A stretch of DNA of 64,000 bases from Myxococcales bacterium (lineage in GTDB: Bacteria; Myxococcota_A; Polyangia; Polyangiales; DASUME01): NCBI GenBank assembly GCA_047601445.1, contig JASGJH010000001.1:768001-832000 (forward strand). The letters are read 5' to 3'. The notes beneath the pieces are model-generated. The model ran no database searches. It worked only from the letters and a program-made list of their open reading frames with translations, and was not told where the DNA came from. Each line of letters starts with the position of its first letter. Positions within the stretch are counted from its first letter, which is position 1. Below are positions 31,126 to 41,425 of the stretch, in pieces. The position numbers and the translations under genes were made by a program.

Positions 31126-31536
31126 TCAGGGCCCCTTAACGTCGCTGACCGCGCCCAGGCTCGAGAGGTAGACCATCAGGCCCTTCATCTGGTCCTCGGG
31201 CAGCGTGGCGGTGTCGACGGGCTTCATGCGCCCCGAGCCCTCGCGGATCTGCTTGGTCATGGCCGCGACGCTGTGGGACTCCTCCTTGAGCGAAGGGCCC
31301 AAGTCGGCGTCGCCACCGGGGTGGCAGCTGCCGCAGGCAGTATCGAAGCTGGTCTTGCCGGAGGCCGAGAGGCTCTGCCATTCCGCGCTGTCCGTGACCA
31401 CGATCGCAGGTTCGCCGCCCGAGGTCGCCGCCGCGGGCTCGCTCGTGGTGGCTGCTCCGCCGCCGCCGCCGCACGCTGCGAGCAGCAAGAGGCTCGAGGC
31501 GCAGATGGTGGGCAGCCAGTTCATACGAATCATCAT
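31126..31536 (-). CDS. Cytochrome c lipoprotein
   Basis: LAAC lipobox, CGSCH heme motif, GPSL and a distal Met (GRMKP). GGAGGA RBS. Confidence 0.9.
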   Translation of the reverse strand: MMIRMNWLPTICASSLLLLAACGGGGGAATTSEPAAATSGGEPAIVVTDSAEWQSLSASGKTSFDTACGSCHPGGDADLGPSLKEESHSVAAMTKQIREGSGRMKPVDTATLPEDQMKGLMVYLSSLGAVSDVKGP

Positions 31537-31644
31537 GTGTCCTCCGTGGGCAGCGAGTGCCGCACTAGTCGAATCGCGCCGGTTTTGCGCGGGCCTGTCA
31601 GCTGGCGTGTGGTGAACCGTGGGGCCCCCACGCCGGCCCCTCAT

Positions 31645-33754
31645 TTACTCTGTGCGGTAGGTCCATTGCCAAGGATTTTCGGTGACAATCTGTTGGAGCC
31701 CAGGCCACTCCGCGTCTCCCGATCCATCGGCCACCGAGACCAAGACGCGCCCATCTGGAAACACCAGGGCGTGCATCGAACCAGGCTCGGAAGGGGCAGG
31801 GGAGGCCAGCGGGGTGGACAAGCGGTCTCCGGGTTCGCCGGCGCTCGCCTGGAGACGTTCCACGCAGTGCGGGTCGAGCGGCGTCTGGGGGCGGGCCTGG
31901 GGAGCCGCGAGTGGGCGTAGCGCGGCGCGCGCATTGGCGCGTGTGATGGGCTCGGGGGAGCTCAGTGCTTCGCACAATGCGGCGCAGGTGGCGGGTGAGA
32001 CGGGGGAGGCGGTGGCCGCCCCGCTGGCGAGCACGAAGGCGCTCACGGGCCCGAGCGGCCAGGGCAGCAGGCGGGTCGCGGGCTCCTGGCTAAGGGCGGT
32101 CACGCGGTGGTCGTGGGCGAGCCATTGGGCTACCCAGGCGGTCGCCCGTAGACCCACTTCCGAGCCGCTTTCGGCGGCCGCAGCTCGTAGGTGCTGCCCG
32201 GTCGGCGAGCCATCGCGGACGGTGGCCCGCAGGATGGCCACCCGCAACGGGGTGGGCGCCATGTGATAGGCCTGCTGCAGCGCCTCGAGCACGCGCGGCG
32301 TGAGGAAGGCCGCGAGCCCGCGCACCGAGAGGGAGGCGAGTTCGGAGTCCCCGCGACTGCGCTCGAGCTGCTCCAGCAAATCGCGCTCCAGCTCACCGCG
32401 TGCCGCCTCGTCGAGCGCAGCCGAGGGCAGCTTGGCGAGGCAGCCTGCCAGCGCCAGGGTGATGCGTTCGCGCGCGGGCGGACGCTGAGGATGGAGGGCT
32501 GCATGGAGAGAGCCCTGGAGCTTGCCCAACGTCGCCGGGTCGCAACCCCGGCCCAGCGCGTGCGCCGCGCTCCGGCTCACCTGGGGCTCGCGGTCGGCGA
32601 GCGCCGCCAACAAGGCCGCGCGGACCGTGGCGTCGGGGCGCGTAGCGAGCGCGGCGATCGCAGCGCGTCGCACCTCCGGATCAGCGTCCTCGAGCAGCGG
32701 CAATAGCTTGCTCGTTTGCGTGGGACCAGCCCGTGCGATCAGCCATGCGATGCGTCCCCGCAGCGCGCGCGGGGCGCGCGGCAGCCACAAGAGCAGCGGG
32801 TCGACCGCCAGGTTTTCGGCGGCAGGCAACGCTCGTTCGAGCTCCGTCAGCAGGGCGGGCGCGGCCGCGGCCTGCGCGCCGTCGGTGCGCTCGAGCAGCG
32901 CCACCCAGTCGGTGCTCGGGCGCGCAGGCCGCGGCGCGAGCGCCAAATGCGCCGCCGCAGCTTCTTGCGGGCGTGCTTGGCCTTCGAGCGCGAGCAGCCG
33001 CGCCCGCGCCTCGTCGCTGAGTGGCCGCGGCACACGCAACAGGCCGCGCAGCGCCTCGAGCCGCACCCCCTCCTGGGCATCGTCGAGCGCCTGGATCAAC
33101 AACGCTTCGGCGCGTGTCGGTTCCGCCTCCACCAGCAGCGTCAGCAGGGCGCCGCGTACCTCGGGCGCAGGATCGTGCAGCCTGCCGACCAGCGGCGGAA
33201 GCGACTCCTGGCCGACCAACGTGAACAGCGCCCGCGCGGCGGTCAGCCGTACCTCGGCGGCCTCGTCATCGAGCGCCGCGGCGAGCGGCCCCGCGGCGGC
33301 GCGATCGCCCAGCGCTCCGAGTGCCCGCGCGGCCTCGGCGCGGGTCTGCGGCTGGGCGTCACCGAGCACTCGGATCAGCGCCGGCACGCTCTCACGGGCT
33401 CCGAATCCGGCCCAGGCCCTGCGCGGCCGCGGCCCGCACCGTGGCGTCCGCATCCGTGAGCGCGCCGACCAACCCCGCTCGTGCGGCTTCGGTGGGGTGT
33501 AGGGGCAGCGCTCGCACCACCTCACGCCGCAGCTCCGCGCGCGGCGCACCCAGCAGGCCCACGAGTGCCTGCTCCGCGCTCGGGTCCGCGCGCTCGCCCA
33601 ACAGGCGCACCAGGTCGCAGCGCACGGTGAGGTCCTGGGTTTGCTCCAAGCTCTCGATGATGCGGGCGGTTTCGCGCGGCCAATCGAAGCCCACGGCGAG
33701 CCCGCCCCACAGCATGGACACCGAGCACACCGCCATCCGCACCCTGGCCCGCAT
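31645..33754 (-). CDS. HEAT/PBS-lyase repeat protein, split by a +1 frameshift near 33404
   Basis: Repeated L.D....VR.AA..ALG motifs continue across two frames. Removing one A at GAATC (33403-33407) gives GLGRIGARESVP. Confidence 0.8.
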
Positions 33755-33882
33755 GGCCCGCAGCTTATCGCGAGGAAGCGGGACGGGAAGAGGGAACACA
33801 GTGAGCGAAGCGAACCTCGCGGTGGGAGGGGCGCCCGAGGGGAGGGCGCGCGAGCGTCCCGTGAAGATGGTAACCTTGGGGG

Positions 33883-35253
33883 ATGCAGCGAGCGCTCCAC
33901 GAGTTCGTGGCTGCGGTGCGGCGCGCGGGCGGCACCGTCTCGAGCGCCGAAGTCCTCGACGCTGCCCAGGCCTTGAGCCTGCTGGGGCTAGAGTCCCGCG
34001 AGGACGTCCGCGATGCCCTGCTCTGCACGCTGGGCAAAACCGAGTCCGATCGGGCGCGCGTGCGGGCCAGCTTCGAGCGCTACTTCAGCGCATCGGGCGC
34101 GACCCACGCCGATCTGTTCGAGCGCCTGAGTACAGCTGGTTTCAGCGCGAGTGAGCTCTCGAGCCTGCGCGTGGTGCTCGAGGCGCAAGCCAAGCTCAGC
34201 CCTGCCGGTGAGGTGCTCGCGACCCTCGTGCAGGGCGAGCCTGCGATCGATCACCTCATCGAGCGCGCGGCACGGCGGGTTCAGCTCGGGCCGGCGCGCG
34301 ATCCACAACGGGCGGGCTTCGTGACCATGCGCCTGCTCGAGGCCGCGCGGGTGCCGCGCGCCGAGACCGATCTCGCTGGCATCCGCGGCGCCCTGCGCGG
34401 GGCCCTCGGCGCGCGGGGCGAAGCTCTGGCCGACGCCTTGGCGGAAGAACTGCGCGTGCTCAAGCGTCGCGCTCGGCAGCGTGTGGACCGCGCCTTTGCG
34501 GGGGAGCCGCTCGAGCGCCTCGAAGAGCGCCCCTTCGGCGAGCTCACGCCCACGGAAGTGGCCGCCGTCCAACAGGCCGTGCGCGAGCTGGCCCAGCGTC
34601 TGCTCGGGCGCGCCGCCGTGCGGGCCCGCCATCTGCGCCGCGGACGCATCGACGCCCGTCGTACCCTGCGCAAAGCGCTCCACACCGCGGGCACGCCCAT
34701 CGAACTCGCCTTCCGCCGTCGCTCTCCCAAGCGCCCCAAGCTCGTGATGTTGTGCGACGTCTCCGACTCCATGCACGAGAGCGCCCGCTTCATGCTGCTC
34801 TTCGTGCACGCGGTGCAGCGCCTGTTCGCCGACGCGCGTAGCTTCGTCTTCGTGAGCGACGTGGCCGACGCCAGCGCCGTGTTCCGCGCGGCCTCCGCCG
34901 AGCGCGCCATCGAGCTCGCCTATCGTGGGGCCATCGTCAGCGTGGCCGACAACTCCCACTACGCGCGGGCCTTCTCCCAGTTGCTCGACGAGCACCCTGG
35001 TGCCCTCGATCGTCGAACCACGCTCCTGATCCTGGGGGACGCCCGCACCAACCACCTCGACCCTGGCCTAGCGTCCTTCCGGGCGCTCAGCACCCGCGTA
35101 CAACGCGTGCTCTGGTTCACGCCCGACGAGCCGGCCGACTACCAGCACGGTGACAGCGCGCTCCCCCTCTACGCGCCCGAAATCGACCAGGTCTTCTCCG
35201 TGCGCGACCTGCGGGGCCTCGAGCGGGCGGCCCGGGCCCTGGTCCGTTTCTGA
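33883..35253 (+). CDS. VWA-domain protein (CoxE-like)
   Basis: FVAAVRRAG..VS, GRIDARRTLR, CDVSDSM and LILGDARTN. Confidence 0.9.
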   Translation: MQRALHEFVAAVRRAGGTVSSAEVLDAAQALSLLGLESREDVRDALLCTLGKTESDRARVRASFERYFSASGATHADLFERLSTAGFSASELSSLRVVLEAQAKLSPAGEVLATLVQGEPAIDHLIERAARRVQLGPARDPQRAGFVTMRLLEAARVPRAETDLAGIRGALRGALGARGEALADALAEELRVLKRRARQRVDRAFAGEPLERLEERPFGELTPTEVAAVQQAVRELAQRLLGRAAVRARHLRRGRIDARRTLRKALHTAGTPIELAFRRRSPKRPKLVMLCDVSDSMHESARFMLLFVHAVQRLFADARSFVFVSDVADASAVFRAASAERAIELAYRGAIVSVADNSHYARAFSQLLDEHPGALDRRTTLLILGDARTNHLDPGLASFRALSTRVQRVLWFTPDEPADYQHGDSALPLYAPEIDQVFSVRDLRGLERAARALVRF

Positions 35254-35359
35254 GTCGGTTCGTCGGTTCGCCTGCTCACATGCCTTGAATCACAGCCGTT
35301 TCACCGACCCATCCGGCCCCTGGCTGGGCTCCTTGCGGGCTGCTAGCCTCGCGCGTTCG

Positions 35360-36763
35360 ATGAAGCGGTACCTGGTCCAGACTTTCGGCTGCCAGATGAA
35401 CGTCCACGACTCCCGTCGGATCGAGGAAGTTCTCGGCGATCACGGCTATCTCCCCACCGAGGAGGCGGCCCAGGCCGACGTCATCGTGTTCAACACGTGC
35501 AGCGTCCGCGAGAAGGCCGAGCAGAAGCTGCGCAGCGCCGTAGGCACCTACCGCACGCTCAAGGCCGAGAACCCCGACCTCGTGATCGTCGTGGCAGGCT
35601 GCGTCGCCCAACAGGAGGGCGACAAGCTGCTGCGCCAGATTCCGCACCTCGACGTGGTGGTCGGTCCCGACAACATTCAGGAGCTGCCCGCGTTGGTGGA
35701 GCACCTGCGCGACGGCGGCCCGCCCGTGGCCCGCACCGTGTTCGACATGGACGCGCCGCGCTTCCTCACCGCCAAGCCGCGCACCCACGCCCGCGAGGTC
35801 ACGAGCTTCGTCACCGTGATGAAGGGCTGTGACGAACGCTGCACCTACTGCATCGTGCCCTACACGCGCGGCCCAGAGCGCTATCGCCCGGCCGAAGACA
35901 TCGTGTCCGAGATCGCGCGCCTGGTGGCTGGCGGCGTCCGCGAGATCACGCTGCTGGGCCAGACCGTGAATTCCTGGCATTCCCAGGGGTCTGGTGAGGG
36001 CGAGAGCGAGTTCCCCAGCTTGCTCGCGCGGATCGCCCGCGAGGTCCCCGAGCTCGCTCGGCTGCGCTACACGTCGCCCCATCCGCGCCACCTCACGCCC
36101 GCGCTCACGGCAGCCCATGCCGAGCTCTCCATCTTGCCCAAGCACTTGCACTTGCCCGTGCAGTCCGGCTCCGACCGCATGCTGAAGCGCATGCTGCGCC
36201 GCTACACCGCAGCCGATTACCTGGCCCGCGTGCAGGATCTCAAGGCGCGCGTCCCCGGACTCACGCTCTCCACGGATGTGATCGTGGGCTTCCCCGGCGA
36301 GACCGACGAGGACTTCGAGGCCACGCTCACCCTGGTGCGCGACGCCGGCTTCATTTCCCTGTTCGGGTTCAAGTACAGCCAGCGCCCCTACACACCCGCG
36401 CTCAAGCTCGAAGACGACGTGCCCGAGTCGCTGAAGGACGAGCGTTTGCAGCGCCTGTTCCAGCTGGTCGAGACCCAGCAGCGTGCCCACCTCAACGCCT
36501 TGGTCGGTCAGCGCGTGGAGGTACTCATCGAATCCCGCGACGAGTCTCGCCCGGAGCGTTTCAGCGGTCGCTCCGAGCGCAACGAGCTGGTCCACGTGGA
36601 TGTGCCCGCCGGTGCCGACCCGCGCGGTGAGCTGGTGCAGGCCGAGGTCATCGAAGCCTTCAAGCACTCGCTCCATGGCGTAGCCCTGGGCGCTGTGCCC
36701 CGTCGCGAGCTGCCAGCGCCAGCCCAGCGCACGCCGGTGCGCTTGCCGCTGGCCTCTGCATGA
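35360..36763 (+). CDS. miaB: tRNA-2-methylthio-N6-dimethylallyladenosine synthase
   Basis: TFGCQMNVHDS, NTCSVREKAE, CDERCTYC radical-SAM motif, DVIVGFPGET and a TRAM domain. Confidence 0.96.
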   Translation: MKRYLVQTFGCQMNVHDSRRIEEVLGDHGYLPTEEAAQADVIVFNTCSVREKAEQKLRSAVGTYRTLKAENPDLVIVVAGCVAQQEGDKLLRQIPHLDVVVGPDNIQELPALVEHLRDGGPPVARTVFDMDAPRFLTAKPRTHAREVTSFVTVMKGCDERCTYCIVPYTRGPERYRPAEDIVSEIARLVAGGVREITLLGQTVNSWHSQGSGEGESEFPSLLARIAREVPELARLRYTSPHPRHLTPALTAAHAELSILPKHLHLPVQSGSDRMLKRMLRRYTAADYLARVQDLKARVPGLTLSTDVIVGFPGETDEDFEATLTLVRDAGFISLFGFKYSQRPYTPALKLEDDVPESLKDERLQRLFQLVETQQRAHLNALVGQRVEVLIESRDESRPERFSGRSERNELVHVDVPAGADPRGELVQAEVIEAFKHSLHGVALGAVPRRELPAPAQRTPVRLPLASA

Positions 36764-37203
36764 GCCTGGAGGGCCCCGAAGCCGCACCTGCGGCCGGTTC
36801 GGCGCCTCGCTCGCGGGCAGACAACGTGGCGCTCGCCTGGTTGCCCGCCATCCTCTACACGGGCTTCATCTGGTGGCTCTCCTCGCAGCCCATCAAGCTC
36901 GACGGCATCGAGCACTTTCCCTTCCAGGACAAGGGCGTGCACTTTGTGGAGTACGGCACGCTCTGCCTCACCATCTGCTTTGCCGTGTTTCGCACCTGGC
37001 CAGGTAGGGGCGTGCGCGCGGCCCTCGCTGCCGTGCTGATCACCGTAGGTCTCGGCCTGCTCGACGAGCTCCATCAGGCGTTCGTGCCATCGCGCTCCTC
37101 GGATGGTCTGGATTTGCTTGCGGATCTGCTGGGCGCCATGGTGTTCGCGCTGGCCTACTATGGTGTGCGGCGCTGGCGCGGTCGCGCGCACGCGCACGAC
37201 TGA
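36760..37203 (+). CDS. VanZ family membrane protein
   Basis: DKGVHFVEYGTL and DELHQAFVPSR..D..DL.AD. Confidence 0.9.
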   Translation: MSLEGPEAAPAAGSAPRSRADNVALAWLPAILYTGFIWWLSSQPIKLDGIEHFPFQDKGVHFVEYGTLCLTICFAVFRTWPGRGVRAALAAVLITVGLGLLDELHQAFVPSRSSDGLDLLADLLGAMVFALAYYGVRRWRGRAHAHD

Positions 37204-37207
37204 CCGT

Positions 37208-37924
37208 TCAGAACTTCTCGACCAGCTCGGGATCGTCGCCGATACGGGCCAGGCAACGCTCGCTGGCGTCGGCCCCGCTCGGCTCGCTCGGCATGCTGCA
37301 CGTGACGTGGAGCTTTGCGCGCGGTGGATGAAACGGCTCGGTGAGTCGGGTCGCCAACAGGCTGCGCTCGTAGCCCGGCGTGCTCGTGGTCAGGGTCCAA
37401 TAGCACTGGGTGCTCGCCGTCGTGAGCACACACTGGTCCGGCGCCTGTCCGAAGTAGCGCGAGAGGTCGAAGGCGCTGTGGGCACTCGCGCGTAGCTCGT
37501 CGAAAACCTGCTGTTGCTCGGGCGTCCGCGGTGCACGCCGCGTCCACCAGCGCGAATCGTTCTGATACTTGAGCTTGAGCTCGTCGCCGTCGTGGCGATG
37601 CACGCTGCACGACCCGGCCGCCTGCTCGCCGCGTGGGAGCGGAAGCAGGCACAGCACGCTGACCTTCTGACGTGTGCCCACGGCCTCCGCGAGCTCGCGA
37701 TAGCCAGGGTTGTTCTTGCCCAGCCGGAAATCGCACAGCTCGGAGCCCGGCGTGATCTGCGAACAACGGGGCTCGGGCACCAGAAAATAGCTGCTCAGAC
37801 CGAAGCGCGTCTTCGGCACGCCGAGCAGCCCATCGGCGCTCTGGGCGAGCGGCGCCGGCGGCTTGTGCGCACAGCTCGCGGCCAACGCCGCGACGAGCAC
37901 GGCGAGCGCGCGAGAGAGTCGCAT
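37208..37924 (-). CDS. Hypothetical lipoprotein
   Basis: AASC lipobox and paired cysteines; directly downstream of lepA. Confidence 0.6.
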   Translation of the reverse strand: MRLSRALAVLVAALAASCAHKPPAPLAQSADGLLGVPKTRFGLSSYFLVPEPRCSQITPGSELCDFRLGKNNPGYRELAEAVGTRQKVSVLCLLPLPRGEQAAGSCSVHRHDGDELKLKYQNDSRWWTRRAPRTPEQQQVFDELRASAHSAFDLSRYFGQAPDQCVLTTASTQCYWTLTTSTPGYERSLLATRLTEPFHPPRAKLHVTCSMPSEPSGADASERCLARIGDDPELVEKF

Positions 37925-37930
37925 GAAGAG

Positions 37931-39733
37931 TCAGTCCACCTTGAGGATGGCGTGGAAGGCTTCCTGCGGAATCTCCACGGAGCCCACGTTCTTCATGCGC
38001 TTTTTGCCCTCTTTCTGCTTCTCGAGGAGCTTGCGCTTACGCGTGATGTCGCCGCCATAGCACTTGGCCGTCACGTCCTTGCGCATGGCGCGCACCGTCT
38101 CGCGCGCCACGATTTTGCCGCCGATGGCCGCCTGAATGGCCACCTCGTACTGCTGACGCGGCACGATCTCGCGCAGCTTCTCCGCCAGCTGACGCCCCAC
38201 GTGCTGCGCCTTCTCTTTGTGTACGATGGCGCTGAGCGCGTCGATGGGCTCGCCATTGACCAGCATGTCGAGCTTGACCAGCGGGTTCTCGCGGTAGCCG
38301 ATCAGCTCGTAGTCCATGGAGGCGTAGCCCTTGGTGGAGCTCTTGAGCTTGTCGTAGAAGTCGAACAACACCTCGCCGAGCGGCAGCTCGTAGGTGACGA
38401 TGACGCGATCCTGCGAGGCGTACTGGATGCCCACCTGACTGCCGCGACGCTCCTCGCACAGCTTGATCACCGCGCCCACGTACGCGGAGGGCGTGTGGAC
38501 CGAGACCTTGAAGTAGGGCTCCTCGATGGAGTCGATGTACACGGGGTCGGGTAGCTTGGACGGGTTCTCCACCCACAGCTCCTCGCCCTTGTTGGTGACC
38601 ACGCGATACACCACGCTCGGCGCCGTGGTGATCAGGTCCAGGTTGTACTCGCGCTCAAGGCGCTCCTGCACCACGTCCATGTGAAGCAGACCCAAGAACC
38701 CGCAGCGGTAGCCGAAGCCGAGCGCAGCCGAGGTGTCCGGCTCGAACACGAACGCAGCATCGTTCAAGTGCAGCTTCTCGAGCGCGTCGCGCAGCTCGGT
38801 GTATTTGTCGGTCTCGGTCGGGTAGATGCCCGCGAACACCATCGGCTTCACGTCCTTGAAGCCCGACAGAGGCTCGGTGGCCGGCTTGCGCATGTCGGTC
38901 AGCGTGTCGCCCACCTTGGTGTCGTGGACCGACTTGATGCTGCAGGCCACGAAGCCTACCTCACCCGGTCCGAGCTCGGTCACCGCGCGCGCGAAGGGCG
39001 CGAACACTCCGAGCTCGTTGACCTCGTAGTCGGCCTTGGTGGACATCATCCGGATCCTCTGGCCGACCTTGATGCCGCCATCGACCACGCGCACCATCAC
39101 GACGGCGCCGCGGTAGGGGTCGTACCAGCTGTCGAACACCAACGCGCGCAGGGACTCTTCGCCCTTGCCCTTGGGTGGCGGCACGCGCTTCACCACGGCC
39201 TCGAGGATGTCCTCGATGCCGATGCCCGCCTTGGCGCTGGCCGGGATCGCCTCGCTGCAGTCCAGGCCGATCACCTCTTCGACTTCGTGGCGCGCGCGAT
39301 CGATGTCGGCACCAGGCAGGTCGATCTTGTTGAACACCGGGATGATCTCCAGGTTGTTCTCCAGCGCCAGGTACACGTTGGCCAGCGTCTGCGCCTCCAC
39401 GCCCTGGCTCGCATCGACCACCAACAGCGCGCCCTCGCAGGCGGCCAGCGAGCGCGAGACCTCGTAGGAGAAGTCCACGTGCCCGGGCGTGTCGATCAGG
39501 TTGAGCTGGTAGGTCTCGCCGTCCTTCGCCTTGTAGGTGAGGCGCACGGTCTGGGCCTTGATCGTGATCCCGCGCTCGCGCTCCAGCTCCATGTTGTCCA
39601 GGAACTGAGCCTTGCTCTCGCGATCGGACAGCGTGCCGGTGAAGCCCAACAGCCGATCGGCGAGCGTGCTCTTCCCGTGATCGATGTGCGCAATGATTGA
39701 GAAATTGCGGATGTGAGAAGGGTCGGTCGGCAT
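37931..39733 (-). CDS. lepA: Translation elongation factor 4
   Basis: [32 protein letters not shown] and [18 protein letters not shown]. Confidence 0.98.
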   Translation of the reverse strand: MPTDPSHIRNFSIIAHIDHGKSTLADRLLGFTGTLSDRESKAQFLDNMELERERGITIKAQTVRLTYKAKDGETYQLNLIDTPGHVDFSYEVSRSLAACEGALLVVDASQGVEAQTLANVYLALENNLEIIPVFNKIDLPGADIDRARHEVEEVIGLDCSEAIPASAKAGIGIEDILEAVVKRVPPPKGKGEESLRALVFDSWYDPYRGAVVMVRVVDGGIKVGQRIRMMSTKADYEVNELGVFAPFARAVTELGPGEVGFVACSIKSVHDTKVGDTLTDMRKPATEPLSGFKDVKPMVFAGIYPTETDKYTELRDALEKLHLNDAAFVFEPDTSAALGFGYRCGFLGLLHMDVVQERLEREYNLDLITTAPSVVYRVVTNKGEELWVENPSKLPDPVYIDSIEEPYFKVSVHTPSAYVGAVIKLCEERRGSQVGIQYASQDRVIVTYELPLGEVLFDFYDKLKSSTKGYASMDYELIGYRENPLVKLDMLVNGEPIDALSAIVHKEKAQHVGRQLAEKLREIVPRQQYEVAIQAAIGGKIVARETVRAMRKDVTAKCYGGDITRKRKLLEKQKEGKKRMKNVGSVEIPQEAFHAILKVD

Positions 39734-39825
39734 GCGGGTCCCGAAAAAGGCCTCGTACTTAGCAGGTTATGCCCTGGGGGTCTCGCAGTCCTTCGGCGAA
39801 TCCCCGGGGCCCTTTGTATTCTGGG

Positions 39826-39859
39826 TCGTACGCGTGCCCGTGCCCGTGCTCGTACACGA
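39826..39859. repeat. Short degenerate hexamer tandem (CGTRCN) in the lepA-RHH spacer
   Basis: TCGTACG-CGTGCC-CGTGCC-CGTGCT-CGTACA-CGA. Confidence 0.5.
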
Positions 39860-39884
39860 AACGACCGAAAAGGGGGCCGTGCGA

Positions 39885-40088
39885 CTAGCGCTTGCGGGCC
39901 GGGGCCTCGGGCGCGACGTCCAAGGTGAGCTGTCCCGGCAGCTGGTCACGATGCTGGCTGAGCACGAGGTCGATGCCCTCGCGGATGTACACGGCGACCG
40001 GCACCTTGGTGCGCTCGTGCAGAACCTTGAGCTGCTCGTTCTGCTCCGGCGTGATGTAGATGGTGGTGGAGATCTTCTTGCGCGCCAT
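39885..40088 (-). CDS. Ribbon-helix-helix DNA-binding protein
   Basis: MARKKISTTIYIT.EQ..QL..L..RTKVPVAVYIREGIDLVL, an RHH pattern. Confidence 0.88.
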   Translation of the reverse strand: MARKKISTTIYITPEQNEQLKVLHERTKVPVAVYIREGIDLVLSQHRDQLPGQLTLDVAPEAPARKR

Positions 40089-40165
40089 GCTGCTGGGCCC
40101 CGTGCCTGGCGCCGCGCCAGGCCTCTCGAGTGGCGTCGCGGACCTCGCGACCACATCCAGCGGTG

Positions 40166-40194
40166 AAGCTACGTGCCCACATACATACTGTCAA
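40166..40194 (-). promoter_or_regulatory. Sigma-70 promoter of the RHH gene
   Basis: Minus strand TTGACA-17 bp (GTATGTATGTGGGCACG)-TAGCTT. Confidence 0.65.
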
Positions 40195-40456
40195 ACCAAT
40201 GGCGGGTGAGCTGTGGCCGCGGCCAAATCCGCGGGATGAGCCGAGCTTTCGGTGTCTAGGGGGGGCCGAAAACCCTGTGTCTCCGGGGGCCACCGCGGGG
40301 CCTCCAGGCCCCCTCGACGGGCCCCTCCAGGGGGCCTGGGTATTCCCCGGGGACCGGGCGGAATCGACAGCGATTTTCAAGCGTTCCCTTGCCGCAGGTA
40401 CGGGGGGAAACGTAAGCTCACGTCCTGGTTGTTCTAGGAAGGGGCCTAGTTCTGTG

Positions 40457-41425
40457 ATGCACGAACACGCTCGCGGGCGGAGCCGCTCGCTTCGTCTCTC
40501 CGCTCGCGCGCCCGAGGGCGCGCTTCGACACCTTGCAAACACCTGTGGTCGCGGTGCCTCCGTGTTGCTGCTGCTTGCAGCCGGCGCTGGTTGCCACCGT
40601 GGGGGTGACAAGGCTGGCGAGTCGGCCATGAAGCGCCGCGACCCCGAGCCACTGGTCGTGAAGTCCTGCAGCGGCGGCGACTCCCAGACCGTGGATGTGA
40701 ACAACGATGGCAAGCCGGACATCCGCCACCAGGTGAGCGGCGGCAAGCGCATCTGCACCGAAATCGATATGAACTTCGACGGCAAGGTCGACGTGCACCG
40801 CTTCTACGCGGACGACGGCAAGACGGTGGCCTTCGAGCAGTTCGACTACGACTTCGACGGCAAGCTCGACCAGCAAATCTACTTCGAGAACGGCGCCCTC
40901 AAGCGCAAGGAACTCGACACCAACTTCGACGGCCTGGTCGATACCTGGATGTGGTGCGCGGGCCCGCTCACCGAGCGCACCGAGCGCGCGCGTCGCAAGC
41001 CTGGTCACGTGGACACCTGGGAGACCTACACCGACGGGCAGATCTCCGAGATTCAGTACGACGAAAACAGCGACGACCGTATCGAGAAGTGGGAAGTTTT
41101 CCGCAACGGCGCGCTCTTCGAGACCCGCATCGACAACGACGCCGACGGCAAGCCCGACCGCACAGACACGGCCACGGCCGACAGCGGTGACGAGCCCGAC
41201 AAGCCCGTTACTTGCGACGGCACGCAGATGCCGGTGCCCGCGTCGGCACCTCCGCCTGCTGCACCGCCCGCGTCGTCCGGTGGTGAGGCACCCGAGAACG
41301 CATCCAGTTCGAGCGCACCGAGCTCCGGCACGCCCGCCGCTGCATCTTCTTCGAACAGCACGAACACCAAGACTCCCGCCAGCGGTCAGAAGACCGCGTC
41401 GGGGGAGTGGCAGGAGGCCAAATGA
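40457..41425 (+). CDS. Putative lipoprotein with repeated Dx(N/D)xDG Ca-binding-like motifs (start uncertain)
   Basis: GAGC lipobox; DVNNDGKPD, DMNFDGKVD, DYDFDGKLD, DTNFDGLVD and DNDADGKPD. Confidence 0.8.
   Translation: MHEHARGRSRSLRLSARAPEGALRHLANTCGRGASVLLLLAAGAGCHRGGDKAGESAMKRRDPEPLVVKSCSGGDSQTVDVNNDGKPDIRHQVSGGKRICTEIDMNFDGKVDVHRFYADDGKTVAFEQFDYDFDGKLDQQIYFENGALKRKELDTNFDGLVDTWMWCAGPLTERTERARRKPGHVDTWETYTDGQISEIQYDENSDDRIEKWEVFRNGALFETRIDNDADGKPDRTDTATADSGDEPDKPVTCDGTQMPVPASAPPPAAPPASSGGEAPENASSSSAPSSGTPAAASSSNSTNTKTPASGQKTASGEWQEAK
40497..40529. repeat. REP-like palindrome, copy 2
   Basis: 33 nt identical to 41436-41468. Confidence 0.8.
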
